DNA of 63,786 nucleotides, the filler included, from Sluysia triapertura (taxonomy: Eukaryota): the NCBI GenBank assembly GCA_046118255.1. It is 5 parts of 5 records of this genome, joined end to end, with 100 filler letters (N's around TTAATTAATTAA, not from the genome) between each part and the next. Parts side by side here need not be neighbours in the genome. Positions count along the whole stretch, not along the records: positions 1 to 12,236 come from JBJNIA010127075.1; 4 more parts are not named here. The stretch is one strand, 5' to 3'. Every line of letters starts with the position of its first letter. Within the stretch, counting starts at the first letter, position 1. The notes below the pieces were generated by a model. The model saw only the letters and a program-made list of their open reading frames with translations, made no database searches and was not told the DNA's origin. Below, piece after piece: positions 1 to 12,336 of the stretch. A program made the position numbers and the translations under genes.

Positions 1-1973
1 TATTGTTATTATTTTTATAATTTCTGTGTGTGCAAGTTTGTATTTTATACAAAATTAAAAACTAAAAATAAGCTCAAAATTAATTGACAAATTGTTGATA
101 ATAAAAGTTTAAACTACGCATTCATTTGAGTTTTACAATTTGTACACTATAGTGAAAATAATTTTGAACTTATATTTACTGTTTTTGTGTATTATCTGAA
201 GTTAAAACATAACAAAATTTGAGTTATATTTTTATACATTTGTCAAATTTATATAATAAAGAAGGCTTCATATAAGAAGGTTCCAAAAGTAATTTACCAT
301 TTTAGAAAAATATCCAAAATATTCAAATTATATATTTAATATACAAAAATGGTCTACAGTTTTGTTAACTAATTTGAGTCAGTGACGAATTTCATCATCG
401 GTATATTGGTTTGAAGGTTTATCAACTATTAAAATGCTATTATAAAATATTTCCAATTATTTCTAGCAGCATTTTGTTTGTAAAAACTCTAGACTCATTG
501 GAAAATCTTTTGATTTCATATAGTCACTTTAATCTTGAGCTGTGAATGTATTTAAGAAACTAAATGTTTTGCTAATCAAAACATTATTTGAAGCTGCGAA
601 GTCTGGCTTTACTTTACTATTATTTTTAAAATATAATTAATAAATTGTAAATGATGAATTCTAAAATTAGATAAACTATAAAATTTACCTACATCTTTAT
701 TTACTTATGTTGAATCTGATATTGATTTTTTGTTGGGTTTGCTAAAATATGAATTGCAACAAGATGGTAATATAAATAAAAAGTAAAAAAACTAAAATAT
801 CAGGATAAGCTACACATTAATTAGTCACATTTAATACATGATAATTAAAATAACCAAAAAAACTATGGAAAGAATAACGTATATTTAACTTTTAGAAGAT
901 AAAAGTACATTTTTCAATTAACTTAATAAAACCATTTGAAAAATAATATGGTGTGTGTGATTCGAGCATTTGAGAAAGCAGCATAAATAATGAAATGCAA
1001 TGATGAAATTATTTAGTATTGTGAGCATTACGATGAATTATGATAACAAAATAAGTGTATATAATATTTAAATCAAAATAAAATAATGGAAAATACGAAA
1101 GAAAGAACCCTTTACAAGATCTTTTTTTAAATATTAAAGTACATTTGTTAATTAATTTAATTAAAACTTGTTTAATTTGACAAATTATAGAAAAATGTTT
1201 GGTCACGATATCATAACATTAGAATTAGTGTATAATGAAGAATTTTATGAGTATTCTTAATGTTCAAATGTTACGAACCACGTCGACATTAATTAGTTTT
1301 TATAATCTAAAATTAAATTTATATATGTTGTGATGTTTAAATATAATTAAAGTGTATATTAAATTGATGCTCATGTATTCATTTAATTTAAGTAAATAGT
1401 TCTCATATAAGTTGTTTTGTTTTTTATTATTATTATGATATTTTCTTTATTATTATTAATTTTTGTTTCAATTTCAGGCAAACAACTTGATGTTTTACAA
1501 TATATTAATTTGTAAAACGCTCATATCTACTGCAAAGTAAATACTCAAAAGCGCTTAAAATAAATTATTCACTATAAAATTTCTGAAACAGAAATAACTT
1601 TGCCTTTTTCTTAAATATTTATAACGTTGGGATTGCCAACTTTATCAGGAAATGACTCAGAAACATATAGAAATATAAAATGAAGAAAGAACAGATACCA
1701 AGTGATGGATTTAAACATTATAAGCAGCGTTGAAATAATAATAATAAAAATTAAAATATTTATAATAACAGCTGAAGAATACCTTAGAGTTTCAAAGACC
1801 TATATAAGGTGTTGAGACCTTGTGGAAGCTTGAAATGGACTTGGAAAATCTTTCAAGGTATTAGAGTACCTTTGAGCTTGTAAATCTTAAAATCATCTAA
1901 GACCTTATTAACCTTTAAGTATTGTTTTAACCTTGATAAGCGTTTAGGTTTAGTTGAGAAATAAAATCGTTAT

Positions 1974-2109
1974 TATTAGTATTAATAATATGTTTAGTAT
2001 AGTAATTGTTCAGATTTTACCTTAAAAAACCTAACAATTATATTAGTATTAAGAATATGTTTAGTATAGTAATTGTTCAGATTTTACCTTAAAAAACCTA
2101 ACAATTATA
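1974..2109. repeat. Tandem duplication, 2 x 67 bp
   Basis: tattagtatt...aaaaaacctaacaatta occurs at 1974-2040 and again at 2041-2107 with one mismatch. Confidence 0.9.
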
Positions 2110-2704
2110 GTTTTGCTGCTACTGGGTCCGCCTATAATCCAAGTTTTATATCCAACGGAAGACTTAGTTATAGGTATGTCAAAGTCTGCGAAAAGTATTT
2201 CTTAACTTCTAAAATGGAGGGTCTCTTTATGTATGAAGTAAATCAAAATTACAAATTTAGCACAAGATTATTCTTAAACTTTGATTCCTAATTCTTTACT
2301 TCTTTAAACTATTCCTCGACTAAAAATCAGAAGTAAAAAAAACGTAGTACTTGATGTACTCTATGAAAGTTTATTGTTAGAACAAAAATATTATTCACAA
2401 AATAAAGCAAAAATGATATACAACAATTAAATTGATATTCACAACGATTTATAATAAATAATAATAATTTATATAAACTTTTTAGGATTTCTCCTAAATT
2501 GTAAAAATGTTAGTTTAAATTGATTTTGACCCAGGTGGATACTTGGGTATAAAATTTATTTGATTTTAGGTAGGATTTTTACACAAAATATTTATGTGAA
2601 TAACCTAATACAAATAGCTTACTCTGTTTAACAATCGATAAGTCTGGTGAATAAATTTTTGTAATATTTTCACGACCACGAGTATTCAATGTTTCCAAAA
2701 AAAA

Positions 2705-2794
2705 CCAATAATCAAATTATCCAATATTCCAAAACCAATAATCGACGTATCTAATATTTCAAAGCCAATAATCGACGTATCCAATATTTCCAAT
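2705..2794. repeat. Minisatellite, 3 x 30 bp
   Basis: Units ccaataatcaaattatccaatattccaaaa / ccaataatcgacgtatctaatatttcaaag / ccaataatcgacgtatccaatatttccaat. Confidence 0.85.
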
Positions 2795-3980
2795 ACTCCA
2801 CACAAATTTTAAAATTAAGCTGTTAAATTATTTAAGTGTCTTGTTTCCAATAACTATAAGCTATTTATATTAAATTTTTAAAAGATTAAAAAGATAATAT
2901 TTTATTAATTTTAATAGATTATAATTATTTTATTTATTAAAAAGATAATCTTTAAATGTGGACAAAATTGTTTTTTATCTAAATTTCTTGTATTTTGTAA
3001 TTTACAAAAGTCATTAATTTTCATAAAGATAAAATTGTTTAACTTTTTATAAAGATAAAAATTTTAAAGTTTTATAGATAATAAAATATTTACAAATTTG
3101 TTTTTTATTAAAAATCTACCAGATAAAGTTTATTGTTCAAAGTTTAATTATATTACCTGTTAATAATTAATTATTCATAATATTATCTACGTATACTTGT
3201 TATATTGTCTACATTTAAAACATATATTATCTACAAATCTTATTTTTATCGTTTCTTTATAAAATGTATTCGGTCAGATTTTCATAACTTAAATTATATT
3301 GGATCTCAAGCCTAACAAAGATTTTTTAAAATCTTTCAAGTTGAATCAATTAATACTTAACAATTTAATTGAATTATAATTTGGCTGCGATTTATTTCGA
3401 TATGAATACCAAATTTTGTTAATTGAGGAGAGTTTATTTTAACTCCCTTCTCATGCTTTGCCTTTATGAAACTTAATTTTAAATTTTTATAATCTTTGTT
3501 GAATTTAGTTTTATTTAAACTTAAGCAATTATAATAAAAACTTACGTGAATTAATAAAAAACAAACAAATAATATAAAAATATAATAAGTATAAAACTCA
3601 TCAAAATTGATATCGAATTTTTTTAGATATATTGTGAAAATAATTGTGCATAGTTCGTGACACAACCATTTTTATTAATCTTTCATTAAGCCATTCACAC
3701 TGGAGGTCGGATTTCAATGGGATATTTCGACTAATTTCATTAACCAATTTTAATTTCTCTTCAATGACTTCATTTAATCTTCATCACATTATTCGTTTTT
3801 GTATAATTTTAATTCATCAGTAATTGAAAAATCGTAACTTAAACCAGCTTAGTCGCTTGAGTAACGATAATTATTTTTATAGTAGTTAATGTTACACATT
3901 TATAATTCTACTTAGGAATAAAAAATAAAAAACAATCAAGCTGCATTAATATTTTTATCACAAGACAGTTTAGCAAGATG

Positions 3981-3983
<3 letters not shown>

Positions 3984-4031
<48 letters not shown>
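3984..4031. repeat. (TAA)n microsatellite
   Basis: About 16 uninterrupted TAA units. Confidence 0.95.
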
Positions 4032-4034
<3 letters not shown>

Positions 4035-4725
4035 TATCAAATTATTTATTCTTTATTTTTAAGTTTAATTTTATGAGTACTATTAACTAAGAATTTTTGT
4101 AAAAATTTAATACTTGAATTAATCAAGTTGAAACTTATAATTACTCAAAATAACTGTATCAAAATTTATGGTTGTAACAAAAATTATAATCGCAGCTCAT
4201 ATTGTATTGTACTATCTGGATTTATTTTTGGTTATTATACTTAGAAGAAATAATAAAACTTCTTTAACCGAATGATTTCATACGAATTTTTTAAATTTCT
4301 TCAACAGAATTCAATATAAACTATATTTATCAATCAATCGAAAAACTTAACCTTTTAAAGATTTATAAAAGTTCGTTCTGAAAATTGTGATTGTTTTGTT
4401 TTAAAATTGTTTCTTAAACACTGTTCTGAAATCCCAATCAAAATATTTAAATTATTTCACTTAACTAAAATATTTTTGAAACTGTTTTATTTTACAGCTG
4501 TTACAACAGTTTTACGATATTGATTTTTGATTTAATATTTATCAATTAATTAATTAATATATTTCTAATATTAGTAATTATATTTTTTCATTTATATTTT
4601 AGTATTAATATATAATTACAATAATCACAATCATATTAATTATACGTTAACAATTAAAAAAATGTCAATATTAAAGCAAAATAACAAACTATCCATTCAT
4701 GCTCTCTAGATCAATTCAAATACAA

Positions 4726-5090
4726 TTATGATGCGGTGGATTTGTTTACCTTTGCGATTATCTTTCTTATTATATTGCTTAATTTTATTTCCTTAAAACT
4801 TCTTAACCACCCATTTGAGGATTTAAAATCTTGTATGCGATTTAAATCAGCTATTTGAACTACCTGAGCTGAAAGATTATTAACTTCACAATGAAAATAA
4901 TCACTATTAAACAAATTACGAAAAATTATACTTTATTCTGAATTAATTTGGTCAATCTTTAATTAGTAATTTTTGTAAAATTTTACTTTAATTTGAATTA
5001 ATTTTCGATATTGTACATTGTGATAGTATTCCGAAAATCATTTTTGAATGGAGCAATTTTGATTGTATCCAATAATTGATTTTTTGAAGT
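4726..5090 (-). mobile_element. Decayed pogo/Tigger transposase N-terminus (psq HTH + CENP-B HTH)
   Basis: Minus-strand FGILSQCTISKI resembles the psq HTH, and FKSSNGWLRSFK matches the FKASxGWLxxFK signature of Tigger/CENP-B family proteins. Broken by stops. Confidence 0.7.
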
Positions 5091-5093
5091 AGC

Positions 5094-5113
5094 GGGTTAG
5101 GGTTAGGGTTGGG
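5094..5113 (+). repeat. Short interstitial telomere-type repeat GGGTTAGGGTTAGGGTTGGG
   Basis: Two perfect TTAGGG units plus one TTGGG variant, located at the GC/AT transition marking the 3' end of the LINE. Confidence 0.85.
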
Positions 5114-8000
5114 CTGTCGAGGAGATAAGACACGTGTTGTGACTGCACAGAGATGTAAAGAAGACCTCGATCTCGTCTTCGTAGAGCCAGAGGTCAGTAG
5201 GGCTAGGACCACTGCCGAGGGGACCACGATGATAAAAAAGGAACGGAGTAGCAGAAATGACAAAAGAAGAAAGGAAGATACAAAAGTAAAAATAAATTAA
5301 ATCATCATACACACTGACAGAACAAACAAACGCAGAAAGAAGGCCGGATTCCAAAGCAAGCAAAGATACAAACTGGTACCAGGAGCTGGAGAGCTGGCTC
5401 ATCAAGGTCAATAGCATGCGCCGCACGAGCACGGAAATCTGGAAGCTCGTGAAGGGATGGTCCAGCTGCATAAGGACCCCATGCGTAACAAACTCTGCTT
5501 ATCAGGGTTGTAGATAGCCGCAAGATATCTACAGCGTAGTTGACTATTTCTTAACCGTGTTGACCGTCAACCGCTAACATTGGGAACTGAGTGCAAGAAT
5601 CAAGTGGTACAGCATCTGATACCAGGAACTGGAAATCTAGATCACCAAGATAACGACCACAGCTTTCAAATTCCACATTTCCATTGATGAGCATAATAAT
5701 CCGCTAATTACCATAGAACATCGAAAATCAGCATCATTGGACCATTGATGAACATAATATTGTTTGACCTGAGCAACTCCACTCCATACTCTCCCCAGGA
5801 CAAACCCACAATGAGCATTGAGGGAGCCACCAAATTCACCATCGCTGCATACTTCCAATCGACTAAGTGCGTATAATACCATTGATGATCATAATATTGT
5901 TTGATCTGAAAAGCTTCACTCCATACTTTCCTCAGGGTAATATTGCTGTTGAAAATATTAATCAGCTCATGAAGGAACTTACCAATTTTTTCCTTAGGGA
6001 ACCGACTCAAGATGATAACGTTATCTTAGCCGTCTAGGGAATCACAATAGATGGATAGTTTAATTTCGTTATCATTGCTTTATAGGAAAGTTACAATAAT
6101 TTTATATTTCCTCTGTAAGTTGGAAATAGAGCTTCTGATTTTAGTCCACCAAATTTAGAGGCGAGCGTATTTGTCAGGTTGGCAGCCGTGGGCCATGTCA
6201 AAGCCTCAGAGATGTTAGAGGATTGGTTGAGGCGGAAAGCGCAGACTATGTTTTGGCAAATATAGTCATAAGAGGATAAGAGACTTAATCTCCTATAATT
6301 CTTGTGTGAGAAGAAGAAAGAGTTGTTCAGGGGAAAGTTTTTAAGTCCTTGAAAGGATTTAAAGATTTCGGTTGTTTCGCATGAGGGCTACTCAGGATTT
6401 GAGTATTAATACTAAGATTGCGAAAATGGAAAGGAAGCCTGGAGTGAAGGAAATTTCGATACATTAGGAATTTGTTTTTGGAACAAAGACTAGAAGTATG
6501 AATTTTCAGTTCCAATGAAAGATTGTCTTGTAAGAGGGCTTCTAGACTTTGCTTTTTAATATCTCCTTAAGGGTATTCCTAAGTTTATACAAGTCCAGAG
6601 CAGTAATACTTACAAATTTCTTCAGAGGGCGTGATACAGGGGGAGTCAGTACCAGTTTTAAGGTGAAAGGCCTTTATCTGATAGAAAGTTGGTATCTTGA
6701 ACATTATGATGTTTGGTTTGTACCATAATGTTAGGGAACTTAGGAGGATACAACTTGTGGACAAGGTCACAGAAAACACTGAAGGCATCATTAATAGAAA
6801 TTTCATCCTTCGTGAGTTTTAGGCATAAGGATTGTAGAGAAAGATGTGGGTGTTTTGATTTCTCCCTAGGTTGGTTGGCAAGAGAAAGTGAAACGACTTT
6901 AAATAGTACCTCCCTAGTGGCAATAATATCCGGTTTAGAGAACATTACAATATTAGGATTACGTTTATATTGTAATGCAATATCACAGATGAAGGGTGAC
7001 AGTGTCGATGATAGGAGAGGGTGGTGGTGTAGGTAAGAAGGGGGACGGAGCTTGGGTCAACGGGGGATTAGGAGGTACAGTTTCGGTTGGGTTAATGGGT
7101 TCAGCCTGGGAGAGATTAGCAGATATCACCAAAGACTGAGTAACCTCTGTAGCTGGTGCGATCACTGTCGGCGCCGAGGCAATAGGTTGGGGAGGACATT
7201 CGCCTAGTGGTTGACAAAAGAAAACTTCATCGCTTTCCCTTACAATGAAATTCCGTGTAAAAAATCCTTTAGTACGAAAGTAGGGTTCCGTTGGTTGATG
7301 AAAAGGTTTCTTTTGTGGTTCGTTAGGGACAGTAATACGGAGGTTAAAGGTATTGAAGGTGTGTCAAGAATGGAGATTGTTCGATTGGAATCGTTTGTAG
7401 GACGTGAATTCAGCTGTGGGCGCTTTTGAACAATCTTGTTTTTAGGGGAGTGCCACTCAAAGGAATTGTGTTTAAGAGGTTCGTTCCTAGGGCGCACTTG
7501 TGACGTCGTTTTATGATTCACCGGACGTTGCCAGGACTTTTTAGTGCTATTATTTTTAGGGGAACTTCTCAGAAGAGGTGTGTTCCAGAGAAGGGCGCCA
7601 TTGGGGAGGTAAAGTCTAATTCGTTTTTCAAAATATTAGGGGTAAGATTTGATTTTAAAAATACTGCCACAAAAGCGGTCTATGCCGTTATAAAAAGAAC
7701 GATATTATTTGTAATGTATACGTGTGGAAAGGAAGTTGATGACATCTAAATAAAAAACATATTTTGTAAAGAGTAGTATATACAAATTTAGATAGTTTAA
7801 TCGTTAGTTTGATTTTATATTTATTTAATTACTAATTAACCTATAAATTTTTGGAAGCATAAAAATAAAAAATGAAGTATTAAGTACATTTCTTTTTAAG
7901 AAATGGATTATTTTTAATTCTTAAATTATTTTTATATAATCATATCTTTTTATACCATCGTCTCCTGCGACGGTTGTGTTTTCGAACGTGTCAGCCCAGG
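5094..8000 (-). mobile_element. Decayed, internally deleted APE-type non-LTR retrotransposon (LINE)
   Basis: GC-richer island. Minus-strand order: ORF1-like frame from ATG 7745 (with stops) and a Pro-rich linker; KPDIIAT (APE PDIIxxxE-like, ~6930); NYRRLSLLSS (RT NYRPISLL-like, ~6300); AFRLNQS (GFR-like); NITLRKVWSEAFQIK; MEMWNLK; LISRVCYAWGPY...LHELPDFRARAAHAI (thumb-like); pyrimidine-rich 3' UTR; CCCTAA tail. The 5' boundary is approximate. Confidence 0.75.
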
Positions 8001-8812
8001 AGGAAAATTTGGTTTAGATATACTTATTTCCTGTTTATTATTAAATTTAGGTTGAATAATTTGTATTTCTTGTACCTGAATATTTTTTATATTATTATGA
8101 ATGACGGAATTTTCCCTTATAAAACACTTGCATTTCTTTTATTATTGTTTCACATAATGGACATTTCATATGTTTAGTTAATGTAAGATGAAAAAGGTTT
8201 ATAATGCATTTGAAATGGAATTTATGCATACATGAAAATGCTTTTTTATATAATGTTTGTGAATTGACTTTTGACATATTGAGCATCTGATGTAATACAT
8301 TATCTAAAAATATGAATGAAAAATAAGATAGAAGAAAATGAAAGTGTAAATAAAATTTTATGAATTATTATAATAAAATTTATGTTCATAATTATTGTAC
8401 AATGCTAAGTAAAACTGCGAAAAGATAATGACTAATAATTTTAAGTTAGGTGATCAGTAGGACAGAAGATAACCGTCAATATCGATTACACGTAACTTAT
8501 TCATTTTTATTCATTCATATACTTTGATTGAACGGTTTAATCTAGGCATGTTAATTACATAAATTTTTATGACTTCAGTCGTAAGATTGAATGCAAGTAA
8601 AGCATAAAGTATGAATGTTATAAGGCGTAAATATATGTCGATTTTAATTGAATTGGTTCGGTCATTATTGTTGATTATTTTAATTGAAAAATTAATATTT
8701 ATGGTTTTAATAATTTTATTAGGTTTAATGGTCCTTTACGTATTCATTCGAATTTATCTTGATCGGGACAAGCCTCATTCATCTCTTTACATACCTTATC
8801 GAACAACCTAAA

Positions 8813-8830
8813 ATCCCACTTCTGACACCA
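8813..8830 (-). mobile_element. Gypsy-type LTR retrotransposon primer-binding site (tRNA-Leu complement)
   Basis: Minus strand reads TGGTGTCAGAAGTGGGAT, an 18-nt PBS typical of metazoan Gypsy elements. It lies a few nt after a possible LTR end (...TTAACA). No intact gag/pol follows. Confidence 0.7.
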
Positions 8831-9583
8831 TTTTATTGTTAATAAAACAAATTTTATTAGGCGTCTGTAATTTTGTAACGATAAATAATGTGATATGGAC
8901 AAGACTTGTTATAATGTATTTTTTTGATGAGATTTGTGTAATTGATTGTTATGAATTATGTGAACTGAACCACCACACTGGATTATTGATTCATATTATA
9001 TTCATTAAACAGTTCCTATGCGAATATCTTTGTAAATTGATCATAATATTTATAAGTTTGAATTTCACAGAATTCACTTTTAAGCATTGTTTTCATATAA
9101 TTTTATTTTTCCTTTTAAACATTCAGATTCAGACATTATTAGAACTTCACAATTATGAATTTTATCTTTTCAGACATTCCATTAAACATTTCGATCCAGC
9201 ATTTTACAAAAGAGTACTTCATAAAATATTATGTTATGTTCTGCGAAATTAATCGAATAATTTCATTTATTAATTCATATTATGTATTTGTTTGTCGTTG
9301 GTGGTATTCATTCTTGGATTTCCATTTGTTTTTTCATTCTTACGAAGTTTACGTTTAATTTGAAGTCTAAGTTCTTTTCCATTATCATAACATTTTATTT
9401 TTGTTTTCTTTTACTTCGTCCATTCTAAATTAAATATTTAGCTTTTAATTTTAAATTTTTAAGCTATACTTTGAAATATTTTATGTTTAATTAAAATAAA
9501 ATTTGTTATATATTTAAGATACATACATTATTACGAATATTTTAATTTGATATGAATTTATAATCATTACTATTTTTATTCAG

Positions 9584-9670
9584 TGGTATATTCAAGCAAG
9601 TTGTGCAGCTACAGGCAATGGACTTTATGAAGGTTTAGACTGGATGTCAAATGAGTTGAGCAAAAGATAA
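9584..9670 (+). CDS. ARF4: Terminal exon of ADP-ribosylation factor (class II, ARF4/5-like)
   Basis: Acceptor tttttattcag| followed by [28 protein letters not shown](TAA), near-identical to the ARF4/5 C-terminus. Missed by the ORF track. Upstream exons were not found in the window. Confidence 0.93.
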   Translation, partial: WYIQASCAATGNGLYEGLDWMSNELSKR

Positions 9671-11232
9671 TCATTTCGCACTATTATTATTTTTATTATT
9701 ATAGTATAATTATATATTTTATTAAAAGTGAATGATAATTTTTGGTTGCGTGGTTGGGTTATGAAAGTTGCTGTTTTTATTTTATTCTTTTCTTTTAAAA
9801 TGCAATTTTAGAGTTTTAACATATTAAAATGGTTAACCAATTCTTTTTTGTATGTGTATAATTGATAAACAAATTGAAATTATTATAAATAAAAATCCAA
9901 TTTTGTTGCATCTAGTTTTAATTTTTTTTGTCGTACATATGGATGCGTAGAAATCTCTCTATTTTGTATAAATATAATTTGTGTTATTAATTGAATTAGG
10001 TATATTATTTGAAATTACACTTATTGTACCCATTTTATTTAAATTGATATTATTTTTGCATTTTATATCTTTTTATATTTAATTTTTCATCGATTTTATA
10101 CAATTGATTAAAATATTTATCACGCTTATTTTCCTAATCAATGAAGTGGGTAAATTGACTTTTGTTGGGATATTCAAGTCTATTTGCATAATAAGATTTA
10201 AATTATGAATATGTTTTTCATCTTTAATGGCAAAACGTTCAGAATAAAGTTCACAGTCAAAATGAATAATAAATTATATAAAATAAATAAGGATACATAA
10301 TGTACAGGCTTAATTAATTTAATTAGAAATATTAAAATAATGCTTAAAGTTTACAAAATAAAACTTAAACTGCTTTCTTGGCTAACTTGGCAGAAGCACA
10401 AACTAGCGCGCAACTGTTTGGTCTGTATCTCGGCAACAATAGCATGAAACTGTATTTGGATTGAAAACTAAGGAAAAGTCTCTTATGTCTTATAAAGGAG
10501 GATTGACAAATTACATCTGAAGCAATTAAATCAAATCGACAGGATATAATTGTTTAAAGCACAACTAAAGTAATAAAAACATTGTAGTCAAAAAGTAGGA
10601 ATGCATAATTGAATGAATGTATTTTTATAATAATGAAACGAAACAATAACAATATAAATTATCAAGACGTAAAATTGATTCAAAGCGATTATTTATTTCT
10701 GTAAAGAATAAGCGCTAAATAGTCTACTCAACTGAAGAAAAACTTGCAAAGATGAAACTTGAAACAGTAAATAATTACAAGACAATTATTTTTCATATCA
10801 TGAATCGGATAAATACTATTTCAAATAAAATAAAAATTAAAATTCACAAAAGTAATACATACGCTTTAAAGACAATCAAAATATCATTAAAATTAATTTA
10901 AGAATTATTGCTGAATCTCGGAGAAACAAACTTTATTATGAAAAAATGCACCCTGGCAATGTAAACATAATGGCTAAAACGAGCATCTGGGAAATAAGAT
11001 CAATGTTCATATGACGATTGAAATTACTGTTTCTTCAGGAGTTTATTCACACACAATAGCCACAATCATGAACTATCTTTGTGATAGATACAATACATAG
11101 AAATTACAAATTATATATTATAAGTGAATTAAGTCGTGTTGCACGAATCATAAATTTTATGAAAGTTATTAATCAAATTAATTTTAAATTTTTTGATTTA
11201 AAAATAATTAAACTGCATACTTCCATTGAATT

Positions 11233-11247
11233 TACAGTGATACCTCG
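11233..11247 (+). mobile_element. Tc1/pogo-type terminal inverted repeat remnant
   Basis: TA + CAGTGATACCTCG resembles Tigger-family termini. No partner end identified. Confidence 0.4.
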
Positions 11248-12236
11248 AAATAAAATTTGCTACAATAATTCATTCAAACTAAAATAACCATTATTTTTCA
11301 TTAAACATCAATTGTTATATTTTACTGTAACATTTTCAATTCAAAATAAAAAATGTTACATTTATATATTCAAAAACTATATAATATATAACACTAAAAA
11401 TAGACATTTTTCAAAGAAAATAGATGTATTATGTAAAAAACATTTCAGACTTCATTGTTAGTTTAAAGAAAATAATAATAATATTATTATAACTTAATAA
11501 TATTATAACATTACTATTACTATTATATATATAAAACTTCTATTATTATATAATGCGTTTGTTATGTTTCCAAATATCAGCTTATGTCAATTTCATTTCA
11601 TCTCAAAGACGATTATTTGAGACTTATTCATCAATTAATTTCCAATTCGTTCTTCCAATAACGAAATTTACAACTCTTAATGTCTATTACAATATACTTT
11701 CAAACAAATTGTCACAATACAACACTCAAAAACCTTAAAATATTTCATCCGTCTTAGTATAAGAAGACACCTTTTTAACTAATTCATAAATCTACATTGA
11801 TTTTACATTCTCTTGTAGCTGATTATATATCTTTTAAATATATTTTATCTTTTCCTCCTCTATACTGTTCTTTTGATGCATTTATATCTTAAAGATATAT
11901 TCATTTCAACTTTTCAAATTTTATTCTATCCGAGAGATAAACAATTATAAATTATGCGAAGGAAAACTTAATCAATGCCAATAAGTAATACAATATAAAA
12001 TAATAATAATGTTATGATCACTCATAATTTATGTTCATAGTGCTAGTTTTTTCCTTATACCTAACAAATTATCCGATAGGTCGGTTCGCCTAATATATAC
12101 GTTTTACACCAAAAATTGGAGACGTACTATTAGGTTTTCTTAAACTTATTTAATATTAATTAATTACTTCTACAACCCTTTATTAGGTGTTGTCTTTAAT
12201 AAGAATTTATTATATTTTACAAATTACGCAACCCGT

Positions 12237-12336
12237 NNNNNNNNNNNNNNNNNNNNNNNNNNNNNNNNNNNNNNNNNNNNTTAATTAATTAANNNNNNNN
12301 NNNNNNNNNNNNNNNNNNNNNNNNNNNNNNNNNNNN
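12237..12336. other. Assembly linker (N44-TTAATTAATTAA-N44)
   Basis: 100-nt spacer with a six-frame stop oligo; artificial. Confidence 0.98.

Noticed and set aside
2705-2794. 30-bp repeats as a possible CRISPR array
   Set aside because: The units are directly tandem with no unique spacers, the context is eukaryotic, and there are no cas genes.
8836-9358. Short F/I/L-rich ORFs here and throughout the ORF track
   Set aside because: Their composition is what random AT-rich DNA yields; they have no motifs or splice support.
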